From the IMG/VR virus record IMGVR_UViG_2706795039_000001, positions 32,001-96,000 of that record: a stretch of 64,000 nucleotides of DNA, one strand, 5' to 3'. The notes under the pieces are model-generated. The model was not told where the DNA came from, did no database searches, and saw only the letters and a list, made by a program, of their open reading frames with translations. This document shows, piece after piece, positions 1 to 7,984 of this stretch (within the stretch, counting starts at the first letter, position 1; each line of letters opens with the position of its first letter). The stretch comes from a virus (Duplodnaviria > Caudoviricetes). The translations under genes were made by a program, and so were the position numbers.

Positions 1-21
1 AGTAGTAGGACTTTTTCTTGC

Positions 22-471
22 TCATTTTCTACCTCTGCCAAGCAATAGGAAGTAGGTGTAAGGACTACCTAACATCTCGTAAACGGAGTCTATATCTTTA
101 CTAGATAAGAAACCTGGTTCGTCAATTATAACAAGTGATAATGGCCTAGTTCCAAGGCCGGACAGCCTAACCTTGTTGTCACAGGTACTTACTGACTTTG
201 CAGGTAGTTCATACTGCTTAATGATGTGTTCTACCATCTGGTAGGAGTGCGGAATAATCAGCCTATTGTCAGGGTCTGCCGAAACTAGTGATGCTGCGAA
301 GGTAGTCTTACCAGTCTGACGTCCAAAGTCTAGATGAATAGTATTGAACTGCTTACAGTACTCTACTACACCTGCATTGTAGAACCACTCTTCTACATTT
401 GCCCTGCGTTTTAGTTCGTTGTTTGCGGATAATGCGGCGTCAAGCGCCATACCGTAGTAGGATATATCCAT
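22..471 (-). CDS. small P-loop NTPase-like protein
   Basis: Walker A-like GRQTGKTT and Walker B-like VIIDE in 149 aa. Confidence 0.6.
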   Translation of the reverse strand: MDISYYGMALDAALSANNELKRRANVEEWFYNAGVVEYCKQFNTIHLDFGRQTGKTTFAASLVSADPDNRLIIPHSYQMVEHIIKQYELPAKSVSTCDNKVRLSGLGTRPLSLVIIDEPGFLSSKDIDSVYEMLGSPYTYFLLLGRGRK

Positions 472-532
472 TATAATTACCTCTTGGTGTTACTATACTC
501 CTGTTTCAATACAAACATAAGGTTCTCCAACC

Positions 533-608
533 TGGCGCAGTGAGAGGGATTCGAACCCTCGCTACAAGCTTAGAAGGCTAGTGTTCTATCCGATTAAACT
601 ATCACCGC
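533..608 (-). tRNA. tRNA-Arg(TCT)
   Basis: cloverleaf, anticodon loop CTTCTAA, TTCGAAT T-loop, encoded CCA. Confidence 0.92.
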
Positions 609-614
609 AAAATT

Positions 615-968
615 TTAACTTTCGGCGTATTCCACTACTGGGTTACCATTTAGTGTCATAGCTACAGCATCAAAACGAGGATCAGTGCCTAGTAGCTTTT
701 CAGCAGCAGATTGTAGTGAGTAAGCAAAAGTGCCACCGAGCCTGTGAAGTTCTCCACCTACTTCCACACATACTATGTATGGTCGGGAAGCTGCTCTTCG
801 CATGTTAGCCAGTATCTCTTCCATTTCTTTGTACTGAGCTGACTCACTGCCCAGGTTTTCTTTAGTAGAAAGCATACATAGCTGTACATAGGCTTGTTGA
901 GCGTCAACGTCACCACTTAGAGCTTTTAATACATTTTGATTAATCATCTGTACTCCAAAGAGCTTCAC
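615..968 (-). CDS. hypothetical protein
   Basis: ORF co-oriented with the cluster; true start may be the internal MINQ. Confidence 0.6.
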   Translation of the reverse strand: MKLFGVQMINQNVLKALSGDVDAQQAYVQLCMLSTKENLGSESAQYKEMEEILANMRRAASRPYIVCVEVGGELHRLGGTFAYSLQSAAEKLLGTDPRFDAVAMTLNGNPVVEYAES

Positions 969-1143
969 GCTCTACTACAAAACTATGGAGACTAGGCTCT
1001 TGGAACGGAGCGCTGAACAGCATCGTCTTTCCAATCTTGCCTAGAAATGCCCTATTACCTTTATGGTCAGGAAAGCACATATCAGCTTTCTGGAAAATCC
1101 ATTTTAGTCGCTTGTTATTGCGAGCTTTCAACTTTCGTTTCAT
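940..1143 (-). CDS. hypothetical basic protein
   Basis: GAGG SD upstream; MKRKL..RN N-terminus shared with 3330..3632. Confidence 0.6.
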   Translation of the reverse strand: MKRKLKARNNKRLKWIFQKADMCFPDHKGNRAFLGKIGKTMLFSAPFQEPSLHSFVVEREALWSTDD

Positions 1144-1159
1144 ACATACCTCGTGTATC

Positions 1160-1236
1160 TGGGGTGATCGACGGGAATTGAACCCGTTTCCTCAGGGTCA
1201 CAACCTGAACATCATCCTGATAAATGCTTCGACCAC
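1160..1236 (-). tRNA. tRNA-His(GTG)
   Basis: anticodon arm TCAGG-TTGTGAC-CCTGA, C discriminator, CCA; position -1 is T rather than G. Confidence 0.9.
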
Positions 1237-1407
1237 ATTAAAATACTCTACACAGTACACTACAAGGCGGCCACTCCTTGCGTATGACCTGACCTCATTT
1301 ATTCAGGCTTTCATGAAGCATCGTTTCTAGCGTTAAACGTGCTACAAAGGCTTTCTGTTAACAGCAACCTGCTAGGGAGCTACTGTCTTCAAGAGCATTT
1401 TAATGTG
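1234..1407 (-). ncRNA. putative stem-closed structured RNA upstream of tRNA-His
   Basis: 16-bp terminal helix CACATTAAAATGCTCT/AGAGTATTTTAATGTG with a G-U pair on the minus strand; no sense ORF in the track. Confidence 0.55.
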
Positions 1408-1408
1408 T

Positions 1409-1479
1409 AAAGTCGAGAAAGGTTGTTCGTTCACTCGGACTACTTATTCGTCTCTCGCCGTTTTTTCTTTCTCAACTTT
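1409..1479 (-). ncRNA. putative small stem-closed RNA directly after promoter
   Basis: 13-bp helix AAAGTTGAGAAAG/CTTTCTCGACTTT (one U-G) enclosing a purine-rich interior. Confidence 0.45.
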
Positions 1480-1487
1480 ATTTAAGT

Positions 1488-1516
1488 ATTATACGCTAAA
1501 ATATAGCTTTTAGCAA
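1488..1516 (-). promoter_or_regulatory. sigma70 T5-type promoter
   Basis: TTGCTA-N17-TATAAT. Confidence 0.8.
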
Positions 1517-1520
1517 TTTA

Positions 1521-1901
1521 TTATTTTAACGAATACGAGGAAGGGAAGTTGCTTTGAGCATCCAAGTCCTCGATAACTTGAACCTTGCCCATAAAGTCTA
1601 CAAACATGGCGTTCACAACATACGGGCAGAAACCAGGTTTAGGTTCGATAAACTTTGCAATAGCAGAGCACTGCTCTTCTGGTTCTTTGTCAAAATCAAC
1701 AAACTCTTCCAATCCTAGATAGAACTGTGATTGGTTGATGAAATCAACCACGTACATCTCCGACACCACAATAGTTTCTGGTGAGGGCATCTCATCTGCT
1801 AGAGACGTAGTGTTTTCATAGTCAGGCTTATACGCGATAGTTACAACTAGCGACTGTAGCATACCTACAGGCATATATCCATTGATTTCTTTGGCCATCA
1901 C
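1521..1901 (-). CDS. hypothetical acidic protein
   Basis: 126-aa ORF between tRNA-Cys and a promoter. Confidence 0.65.
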   Translation of the reverse strand: MMAKEINGYMPVGMLQSLVVTIAYKPDYENTTSLADEMPSPETIVVSEMYVVDFINQSQFYLGLEEFVDFDKEPEEQCSAIAKFIEPKPGFCPYVVNAMFVDFMGKVQVIEDLDAQSNFPSSYSLK

Positions 1902-1924
1902 ATTACTCTCTAGTCAGTAGATTT

Positions 1925-2001
1925 TGGAGGAGGATACCGGACTCGAACCGGCTAATTCAGGATTTGCAATCCAGTGCCTCGACCACTTCAGCTTATCACC
2001 C
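1925..2001 (-). tRNA. tRNA-Cys(GCA)
   Basis: anticodon loop TTGCAAA, U73 discriminator, CCA; one acceptor mismatch. Confidence 0.88.
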
Positions 2002-2019
2002 TATCGAATTTATTTGATT

Positions 2020-2048
2020 ATTATACTAAATAATCACGCTATTAGCAA
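2020..2048 (-). promoter_or_regulatory. sigma70 promoter
   Basis: TTGCTA-N17-TATAAT. Confidence 0.8.
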
Positions 2049-2051
2049 ATA

Positions 2052-2204
2052 CTATTTTTTAGCTTCTGCTAAACTTCTCAACTTAGCGGAGGCTTCCGCA
2101 TAGTTTTTAGCTGCATTTCTGCTAGCTACTTCGGCACGCTTAATATCCTTTCTAGCCTTCTGCAAGAGAAGGAAAGCGTTATGTGTTACTTCTTCTAGCG
2201 TCAT
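2052..2204 (-). CDS. 50-aa helical hypothetical protein (below ORF-track cutoff)
   Basis: MTLEEVTHNAFLLLQKARKDIKRAEVASRNAAKNYAEASAKLRSLAEAKK, AGGAG SD. Confidence 0.6.
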   Translation of the reverse strand: MTLEEVTHNAFLLLQKARKDIKRAEVASRNAAKNYAEASAKLRSLAEAKK

Positions 2205-2214
2205 GGAAGCTCTC

Positions 2215-2487
2215 CTACCGGCTAATTAGCTTCATGTTGACAAGTTTATCGAGAAGCTCATAGTCCTCGTCACAAGGATATTGGATATTAGCTATGACCT
2301 GTTGGAAATCTTTCGCCAACTGCTCGGCATCAGGTCTTTCCAAGATAGACCAATTATCATGAGAATCCGCTATTTCTTTTTCTACTGCCCCTACAACAGA
2401 TACAACCTCCTCTCGGTCTTCAGTACATTCAGTAGATACTAGTTCCAGCAGAGTGTGGAGTAAAGATAGTTCAATAGCTACTTTCAT
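2215..2487 (-). CDS. hypothetical protein
   Basis: ORF with AAGGA SD after promoter 2521-2549. Confidence 0.65.
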   Translation of the reverse strand: MKVAIELSLLHTLLELVSTECTEDREEVVSVVGAVEKEIADSHDNWSILERPDAEQLAKDFQQVIANIQYPCDEDYELLDKLVNMKLISR

Positions 2488-2520
2488 CTTCTAAGTTCCT
2501 TTTTCAAACTTTATGAAACT

Positions 2521-2549
2521 ATTATAAAGGAATAATACCTGTTTATCAA
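2521..2549 (-). promoter_or_regulatory. PN25-like promoter
   Basis: TTGATA-N17-TATAAT followed by ATAAAGTTTGA. Confidence 0.75.
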
Positions 2550-2740
2550 GAAGAAAATTTAAGAAAATCAGTAACAAACTCTTGAGAAGTTGGTTTTCCT
2601 TTTTCTTCACAGGACTCGCAAACTACCTCACTGGTAGTTATCCACCGATCACGGGAACCGCGCGGCTTTACCGCTACGCGGTATGGAAAGCGCGGTTCCC
2701 CGAATAGAATCAATGAATTACAGTGTTTGCACTTCGACAC
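2546..2740 (-). CDS. small Zn-finger-like protein
   Basis: CxxC...CxxC. Confidence 0.55.
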   Translation of the reverse strand: MSKCKHCNSLILFGEPRFPYRVAVKPRGSRDRWITTSEVVCESCEEKGKPTSQEFVTDFLKFSS

Positions 2741-2961
2741 TCTTCTTCCCGCAATAACCTAAATTGACACTCCGTAGCTAGGACGAAACGTCCGTCACTG
2801 AGCTGGATTATTAGCACTCCTGGCGCTTCATTGTCCTCTCGAACAATCACTCCACGAACAACTTTAGTCGTATCGTGGTTGAAACACACATCAACGCTCC
2901 TTCCCAGCCAAGTACCCTGCTCAGGGAAGGTATCAAAACCTACATTTTTTACAACACCCGT
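2710..2961 (-). CDS. 83-aa hypothetical protein with apparent ACG start
   Basis: open frame (T/M)GVVKNVGFDTFPEQGTWLGRSVDVCFNHDT...IIQLSDGRFVLATECQF filling the gap between neighbours. Confidence 0.55.
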   Translation of the reverse strand, partial: TGVVKNVGFDTFPEQGTWLGRSVDVCFNHDTTKVVRGVIVREDNEAPGVLIIQLSDGRFVLATECQFRLLREEECRSANTVIH

Positions 2962-2962
2962 A

Positions 2963-3328
2963 CTACACCATGACCTTAGCTGTTATTGCCCACATTATTG
3001 GCATGGTTTCATCCATAGTGGAGTAACCTTTACCTTTTAACCAAGCAATACACTCCGAAAATGGTGCTACTAAGTGTACCCGTTCGGGGGCGTCATACTC
3101 TACTACACGATACATATCTTCACCAGAAGGACTGGTTAAGGCCTCGCTAGCCTGCTCCATCTTCATCAAATGAGAGACTACGATTTCTGTGTCCTTAGAG
3201 GTGTATGCCTTTAACTCAGATAATACTGAGTCACCGTTTTCATAGTCAATATACTCTAAGCAAAAGTCTAGCAGGTCTGCTCCATCTCGAATCACACTTA
3301 CTGGTACTACCACATTTTGATAACCCAC
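2963..3328 (-). CDS. hypothetical protein
   Basis: tightly packed ORF, GTG start. Confidence 0.65.
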   Translation of the reverse strand: MGYQNVVVPVSVIRDGADLLDFCLEYIDYENGDSVLSELKAYTSKDTEIVVSHLMKMEQASEALTSPSGEDMYRVVEYDAPERVHLVAPFSECIAWLKGKGYSTMDETMPIMWAITAKVMV

Positions 3329-3329
3329 C

Positions 3330-3632
3330 CTAGACTCCTTTTAGCTTCGCTACTTCTGCGTCTGTTAGAGATACGTAACCCGAACATATAGGCCTACGAT
3401 TTGGCCTGTTTACCATTACTGGTACAAAGAACATATCTAGTATGTCGTTTTTCTCGATCCTACAGTAGTCGTAGTAGATACCAAACCTTTTTGCTGCGCG
3501 TGATATACGCTTGTGTTGCTTAATCGCTTTTTTGATTTCCAAAACGTGAAAAAGCTCTAGATCGTTTCTTTTTGCTAGGAGCAGTAGAGACGTAATTTTT
3601 GCTTTATTTCGTTTCGTCAGTTTTCTTTTCAT
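3330..3632 (-). CDS. hypothetical basic protein
   Basis: AGGAG SD; packed operon. Confidence 0.65.
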   Translation of the reverse strand: MKRKLTKRNKAKITSLLLLAKRNDLELFHVLEIKKAIKQHKRISRAAKRFGIYYDYCRIEKNDILDMFFVPVMVNRPNRRPICSGYVSLTDAEVAKLKGV

Positions 3633-3891
3633 GCTTATACTCCTGTTGCACTAGGGCAACATACCCACCTTCTACAGGGGTTACAAAGGCGTTTACGACA
3701 CGTTCACCCAAGTATGTTTTAATTGGGGGAGTTAATGGCAGTAACGCGCTAGCAATAGAGCAAAATTGGTCAAACGACACCCCAAATACTTCCTGAAGCT
3801 CTTCTTCAACCAGCTCTTCATCACTGTTCTCGTCCATACCTAGAACAGCTTCTGCTACACTATAGTATTCCCACCAGTCTGCTTTACTCAT
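3604..3891 (-). CDS. hypothetical acidic protein
   Basis: ATGA coupling with upstream ORF. Confidence 0.65.
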   Translation of the reverse strand: MSKADWWEYYSVAEAVLGMDENSDEELVEEELQEVFGVSFDQFCSIASALLPLTPPIKTYLGERVVNAFVTPVEGGYVALVQQEYKHEKKTDETK

Positions 3892-4148
3892 AGGATAATC
3901 TCCTTGTCTAATGCATTAATTGTGCTTCCCAAGAGAGCTATAGCCCATACTAGGGCGAAGCTATACAGAGGCACTGCTGTAACTGCACTAATATAAGTTA
4001 GTGCGCATGTCAAGAGCGTAGACACTGCCACAGCGGCTCTACGGTCTTTCTGCACAAAGTGCACATAAATTTTTTGGTATAAGAACATGCGCTCTATAAC
4101 TTTATTATGTGAGGTTGATTTCTTCATGTAATTAAGTCCTCTTTTCAA
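3888..4148 (-). CDS. hypothetical membrane protein
   Basis: two hydrophobic segments. Confidence 0.6.
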   Translation of the reverse strand: MKRGLNYMKKSTSHNKVIERMFLYQKIYVHFVQKDRRAAVAVSTLLTCALTYISAVTAVPLYSFALVWAIALLGSTINALDKEIIL

Positions 4149-4189
4149 TTTATAAGTAAATTATAAACTAAAAAGAGGATAGTTTCAAG

Positions 4190-4645
4190 TTAGAATTTTA
4201 CTAATCTAAACTCTAGGGTCACACCTTCTTCATAGACTAGGTGACTTGAAATTAGCTTGGCGCTATTTATCTTATCCATCACTCTTTGAGATAGGTAAAC
4301 GTCCCCTGAGAAAGTACCATGAATAAGAGTTATAAACCCGAACTCACATAAATCTATTCCAGACTCTATTAACTGAGCACCACCAATAAGGTAGCAGTCT
4401 TTCTTGTAGTGAGGAAGAGTCTTCCAAGTATCGAAGCCTGGGTATAAAGCTCTACTCGTGGTTACTACAACGTTTCTTCTGTTAGGTAAAGGGAAAGCTG
4501 GATGTTTAGCTGTGTTGCTTCCCATGATAATTGTGGAACCCTCAGTTAGATTCTTGAAGAACCTAAGGTCACTTGGGAAGTGCCAGGGCAGGCCGTTACC
4601 GGCCCCAATAAGGCCGGTAGGTGTCATTGCAATCACTAAATGCAT
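4190..4645 (-). CDS. folA: dihydrofolate reductase
   Basis: IGAGNGLPWHFPSDLRFFK, IIMGSNT, LPNRRNVV, IGGAQ motifs. Confidence 0.93.
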   Translation of the reverse strand: MHLVIAMTPTGLIGAGNGLPWHFPSDLRFFKNLTEGSTIIMGSNTAKHPAFPLPNRRNVVVTTSRALYPGFDTWKTLPHYKKDCYLIGGAQLIESGIDLCEFGFITLIHGTFSGDVYLSQRVMDKINSAKLISSHLVYEEGVTLEFRLVKF

Positions 4646-4654
4646 AAAAGTACC

Positions 4655-5530
4655 TTACACACTAAATGGAATATCAATATGTTCTTGTGGAAAATAATCT
4701 GTAACAAGGAAATTGCTGGTCGTTACCCACGCCTCTAGATCTTCTAGAGATTCAATTGCTGGGTCAATCCAGAAAGTAGGAGGCTGTCGCTCTTCTCTAT
4801 CTAACATTTCCATAACTGCTGGTATTTGGTCTTCATAAATGTGCGCATTTACTATCTTATGAAACGCTCTGCCAGGTTCTAGTCCAGTTATTTGAGCAAC
4901 TATAGCTAGGAATGCGTACACTTGTACCATGTTGAAGTTAAGTCCTAACGGTACGTCACAAGAGCGCTGAGTAGCGTTAAGGTACAGTTTACTATTTAGT
5001 ATAGAGAACTGGAAGTTGTACATACAAGGGCGTAGGCAGCCCTGGTCGAACTCGCCTGGATTCCAGTAGCTTAGAATTTCGCCACGGTCGTCAATCCCCT
5101 TTGAGAGATTATTGATAATCTTTTCTAGTTGGTCTACTGACCGTAGCCCACCATAGCCGTCGGGTGACGTCCAATTCCTTCCCTGTACCCCGTAAACACG
5201 CCCCATGTCGTCTTCACCGCGCCTGTGAGGGTTTTTCAACCAAGCCTCATTGATGTTCGCGTTAGCATCCCAGGTCTTCGTACCTAGGTTTCTGAAGTCT
5301 TCTGCGTTAGAATAGCCTCTAATGTACCCTAGCAGCTCTGCTACTGCGGACTTCCAGAAAGATTTTCTAAGGCTAAGCAAGGGGAACTCGCCCGCCCCTA
5401 CATTATACTCTAGGTCATAGTTAATTACTGTTAGACAGCGCTTACCTGTGCGTTCGTTGTACACCCACTCACCATTTTCTAGGATGTGGCGTAGCAGCTG
5501 TTTATATTCGTAATCCATATTTTGCTCCAA
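4655..5530 (-). CDS. thyA: thymidylate synthase
   Basis: RTG, LRPC catalytic Cys, [21 protein letters not shown]. Confidence 0.97.
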   Translation of the reverse strand: MEQNMDYEYKQLLRHILENGEWVYNERTGKRCLTVINYDLEYNVGAGEFPLLSLRKSFWKSAVAELLGYIRGYSNAEDFRNLGTKTWDANANINEAWLKNPHRRGEDDMGRVYGVQGRNWTSPDGYGGLRSVDQLEKIINNLSKGIDDRGEILSYWNPGEFDQGCLRPCMYNFQFSILNSKLYLNATQRSCDVPLGLNFNMVQVYAFLAIVAQITGLEPGRAFHKIVNAHIYEDQIPAVMEMLDREERQPPTFWIDPAIESLEDLEAWVTTSNFLVTDYFPQEHIDIPFSV

Positions 5531-5543
5531 TAAAAATGGGAGC

Positions 5544-5750
5544 TTATCGCTCCCATTGATGTCTAACCTTTCTCTGGTCTTTCCAAGATCTGCTTACTGT
5601 CCTAGCTGGGCAGTCGTAGTAAGCTAAGTCAGAAGTATATACGTCTGAGTTCTTAAAAGGTCTTCTTGTTATACCATACTCTTTACATACTTGGTCATTT
5701 ATTAGGTAACGATGCCAAGATGCTTTCAAGTTGTGACGTCTGTACGCCAT
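5544..5750 (-). CDS. hypothetical basic protein
   Basis: GGAGG SD; C-terminal [13 protein letters not shown]. Confidence 0.65.
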   Translation of the reverse strand: MAYRRHNLKASWHRYLINDQVCKEYGITRRPFKNSDVYTSDLAYYDCPARTVSRSWKDQRKVRHQWER

Positions 5751-5754
5751 AGTT

Positions 5755-5814
5755 GCCTCCGTTTATCGTCGAATCAAGACCGTAGACGTTACGGTCTATA
5801 TTCGAATAGGAGGC
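5755..5814 (-). promoter_or_regulatory. long hairpin sequestering the SD of 5544..5750
   Basis: stacked helices GCCTCC/GGAGGC, TCGAAT/ATTCGA, AGACCGTA/TACGGTCT. Confidence 0.55.
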
Positions 5815-5843
5815 TTCAAGTGTCTCTTATTCAAGGCTAGTCC

Positions 5844-6119
5844 TTAGTTAGAGGAGTTTGAAAATTCTGCTACCATTTTACCAGCCGAGTTCATTACTCG
5901 GATTACAGTAGAGCCTGTGAGTGGCCATGAATACTTTCCACCATCTGGGTCAACGCAGCTAAACTGATGGAACTTGAACTCTACTTCGTTCTCGTCTTCT
6001 GAACCTTCTTTCTGACCAACTACTGGTACAGTAGAAAAGTTTACCGCCTCAACGCAGAATAGTGCATCTAGGGAAAGCTCTGGGTACTTGTCTCTATTGG
6101 TTACTGTTACTGTGAACAT
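5844..6119 (-). CDS. hypothetical protein
   Basis: co-oriented ORF. Confidence 0.6.
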   Translation of the reverse strand: MFTVTVTNRDKYPELSLDALFCVEAVNFSTVPVVGQKEGSEDENEVEFKFHQFSCVDPDGGKYSWPLTGSTVIRVMNSAGKMVAEFSNSSN

Positions 6120-6124
6120 TTAAA

Positions 6125-6349
6125 CTACCGATATACGGGGTCTTTCCCGTCTTTGAAATGAACTTCATGCTTGCAAGCATATACAAAACCTGCCATACCT
6201 GGGGCATGGTACAGTATATCTTGTTCTGCTAATTCTTTACAGACTGGGCACTCGTCATATACGATCTTACGAAGTATAGGTAAACGCATGTTTTCTTCCA
6301 CATCTACGTCTACGATGCCTTGATTGAAGGTTATCACTTTATGTATCAT
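6125..6349 (-). CDS. hypothetical protein, possible Zn ribbon
   Basis: CPVC...CKH. Confidence 0.6.
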   Translation of the reverse strand: MIHKVITFNQGIVDVDVEENMRLPILRKIVYDECPVCKELAEQDILYHAPGMAGFVYACKHEVHFKDGKDPVYR

Positions 6350-6367
6350 ACGATTGACCTTATAAAT

Positions 6368-6455
6368 TGGCAGAGAGCAGCAGAATCGAACTGCAACCGT
6401 TTCCAGTCACTTCGCTTAGCAGGCGAGCCTAACCACCTTGGCTAGATTACTCTCT
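6368..6455 (-). tRNA. tRNA-Ser(GCT)
   Basis: anticodon loop CTGCTAA, long variable arm, G73, CCA. Confidence 0.88.
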
Positions 6456-6490
6456 AAAAGTAAAGCCAGATAGATTCTGGCTTTAGTATA

Positions 6491-6566
6491 TGGCGCGGCT
6501 ACTAGGATTCTAACCTAGACGAACTCCTTCGTAGGGAGTCATGCTATACAGTTACATCATACCCGC
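6491..6566 (-). tRNA. tRNA-Arg(ACG)
   Basis: ACTCC-CTACGAA-GGAGT arm, CCA; atypical T-loop TTAGAAT. Confidence 0.85.
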
Positions 6567-6572
6567 AAGAAT

Positions 6573-6648
6573 TGGTGCAGAGGACTGGAGTTGAACCAGT
6601 GACACCAGGATCTTCAATCCCGTGCTCTACCTACTGAGCTACCACTGC
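6573..6648 (-). tRNA. tRNA-Phe(GAA)
   Basis: anticodon loop TTGAAGA, canonical D and T arms, CCA. Confidence 0.92.
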
Positions 6649-6822
6649 ATTGTCACGTACACAACGGAACATTACTTGTTCGTTGGTTTTCTCTACTTCT
6701 TGAAGTCTGCCAGACTTTACTAGACGATAGCATTGCTGGCGCAGCTTATCTTGAGATTTCTTAAAACGGTTTACTACAAACACTTTATCAGTGGCTAGTT
6801 TTAGAAGTTTCTCAGTTTTCAT
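6631..6822 (-). CDS. hypothetical basic protein; stop lies inside tRNA-Phe
   Basis: GGAG SD; last codons run into the tRNA 5' end. Confidence 0.55.
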   Translation of the reverse strand: MKTEKLLKLATDKVFVVNRFKKSQDKLRQQCYRLVKSGRLQEVEKTNEQVMFRCVRDNAVVAQ

Positions 6823-6948
6823 ATATACTTATACTCCAAGTAGTTTATTTTTAATGAGGCCGAGTTACTACGATCCTTTGGTGTTATCCGGCGAATTACG
6901 ATTCTTATCCGGTACTCGGCAAGCAGTAAAGGCGCTGCTATCGCGATT

Positions 6949-7025
6949 TGGTGCACCTTGCTGGGCTTGAACCAGCGACCTCACCCTTATGAGGGGTTTG
7001 CTCTAACCAACTAAGCTAAAGGCGC
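6949..7025 (-). tRNA. tRNA-CAT (elongator Met or Ile2)
   Basis: anticodon loop CTCATAA, paired 1:72, CCA. Confidence 0.88.
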
Positions 7026-7031
7026 TAAATA

Positions 7032-7107
7032 TGGTTCCCATGACTGGACTCGAACCAGTGACGCGGCGATTATCGGTCGCCTGTTCTACCAACTGAACTA
7101 CACGGGA
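7032..7107 (-). tRNA. tRNA-Ile(GAT)
   Basis: GGCGA-CCGATAA-TCGCC arm (C33 instead of U33), CCA. Confidence 0.88.
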
Positions 7108-7112
7108 AGAGA

Positions 7113-7190
7113 TTGCTAGGACAGGAGTGTGCGACTCCAAGGTATTTTAATGCCTACCAAGGCTCACGACATTTTTTAATGCCCTAGCAA
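7113..7190 (-). ncRNA. putative multibranched spacer RNA
   Basis: TTGCTAGGGCA/TGTCCTAGCAA closing stem with internal hairpin GGAGT-CGCAC-ACTCC. Confidence 0.45.
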
Positions 7191-7195
7191 AATTT

Positions 7196-7342
7196 TTAAT
7201 CTGGATCTACATTTCTTGTGCCGTCTTCGTTAAACTCATTTGGGGAGTATTCTTCCCCACAATTGTGGCAACGAGCTTCATCTTCAAGGATCCAAACTGT
7301 ACCATCACAGTACCAACAGGGCGCTTTCTTACAAGTGTTCAC
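7196..7342 (-). CDS. 48-aa Zn-ribbon protein (below cutoff)
   Basis: GTG start; CWYC...CHNC. Confidence 0.55.
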   Translation of the reverse strand: MNTCKKAPCWYCDGTVWILEDEARCHNCGEEYSPNEFNEDGTRNVDPD

Positions 7343-7733
7343 GTGCCACCTTCGCTGCTAGTTTGGCATCGTATTGACCTGTGAAGTCATTTCGCAGTAG
7401 CTTCATGAACTCACCTACGTTAGTTACACCATGATCTACCATAATAGCTACCAAGTCTTGTTCAGACAGGAACTCCGGCAAAAGACTTTCTAGGAAGTCT
7501 GCTTCTGCATCATACTCTTTTGCTTTTTCAGCATCAGTAGTGCATAAACGAGAGTTGTCTCGGCAAGTGTCAATGGCTTTCTTGATCTTACCAATTACCA
7601 TGTCTTCGTTAACTTCTTTGTTCTGACGCACAAAGTCTTCAAAAGAAGCAATAATCACACCAACTGCTTTTGCATAAGGTGAACGCTCTTTACGTAGACC
7701 CATGTGAATTTCTTTTAGTGCTTGTAAGCGCAT
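7329..7733 (-). CDS. YqeY/GatB-like tRNA-binding domain protein
   Basis: EYDAEADFLESLLPEFLSEQDL...GEFMKLL...GQYDAK pattern; embedded in tRNA cluster. Confidence 0.8.
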   Translation of the reverse strand: MRLQALKEIHMGLRKERSPYAKAVGVIIASFEDFVRQNKEVNEDMVIGKIKKAIDTCRDNSRLCTTDAEKAKEYDAEADFLESLLPEFLSEQDLVAIMVDHGVTNVGEFMKLLRNDFTGQYDAKLAAKVAREHL

Positions 7734-7753
7734 CTTCTTTCCTTCTTCATTAT

Positions 7754-7907
7754 TACCATTTAAATAACACTCTCTGTCAGCTACCTACATTACCTAGTGT
7801 TGATACTGTAAGCACCTTCCCCAGGGTCACTACCCCCTATAGAGTGATTGCGTATTGCAGCATGACCTGTACTAATAAGCAACCATAAGAGTGCAAATTA
7901 AATGGTA
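7754..7907 (-). ncRNA. putative stem-closed RNA downstream of tRNA-Val
   Basis: TACCATTTAA/TTAAATGGTA and CACTCT/AGAGTG helices; no sense ORF in the track. Confidence 0.5.
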
Positions 7908-7980
7908 CTCGGTACTGGAATCGAACCAGTTTCTAGCCTCCGTGTAAAGGAGGTGCAACGCCAAATTTTGCTAACCGAGT
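7903..7980 (-). tRNA. tRNA-Val(TAC)
   Basis: CCTCC-TTTACAC-GGAGG arm, CCA. Confidence 0.9.
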
Positions 7981-7984
7981 ATTT

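Noticed and set aside
1409-1479. Hammerhead ribozyme
   Set aside because: No CUGAUGA or GAAA core
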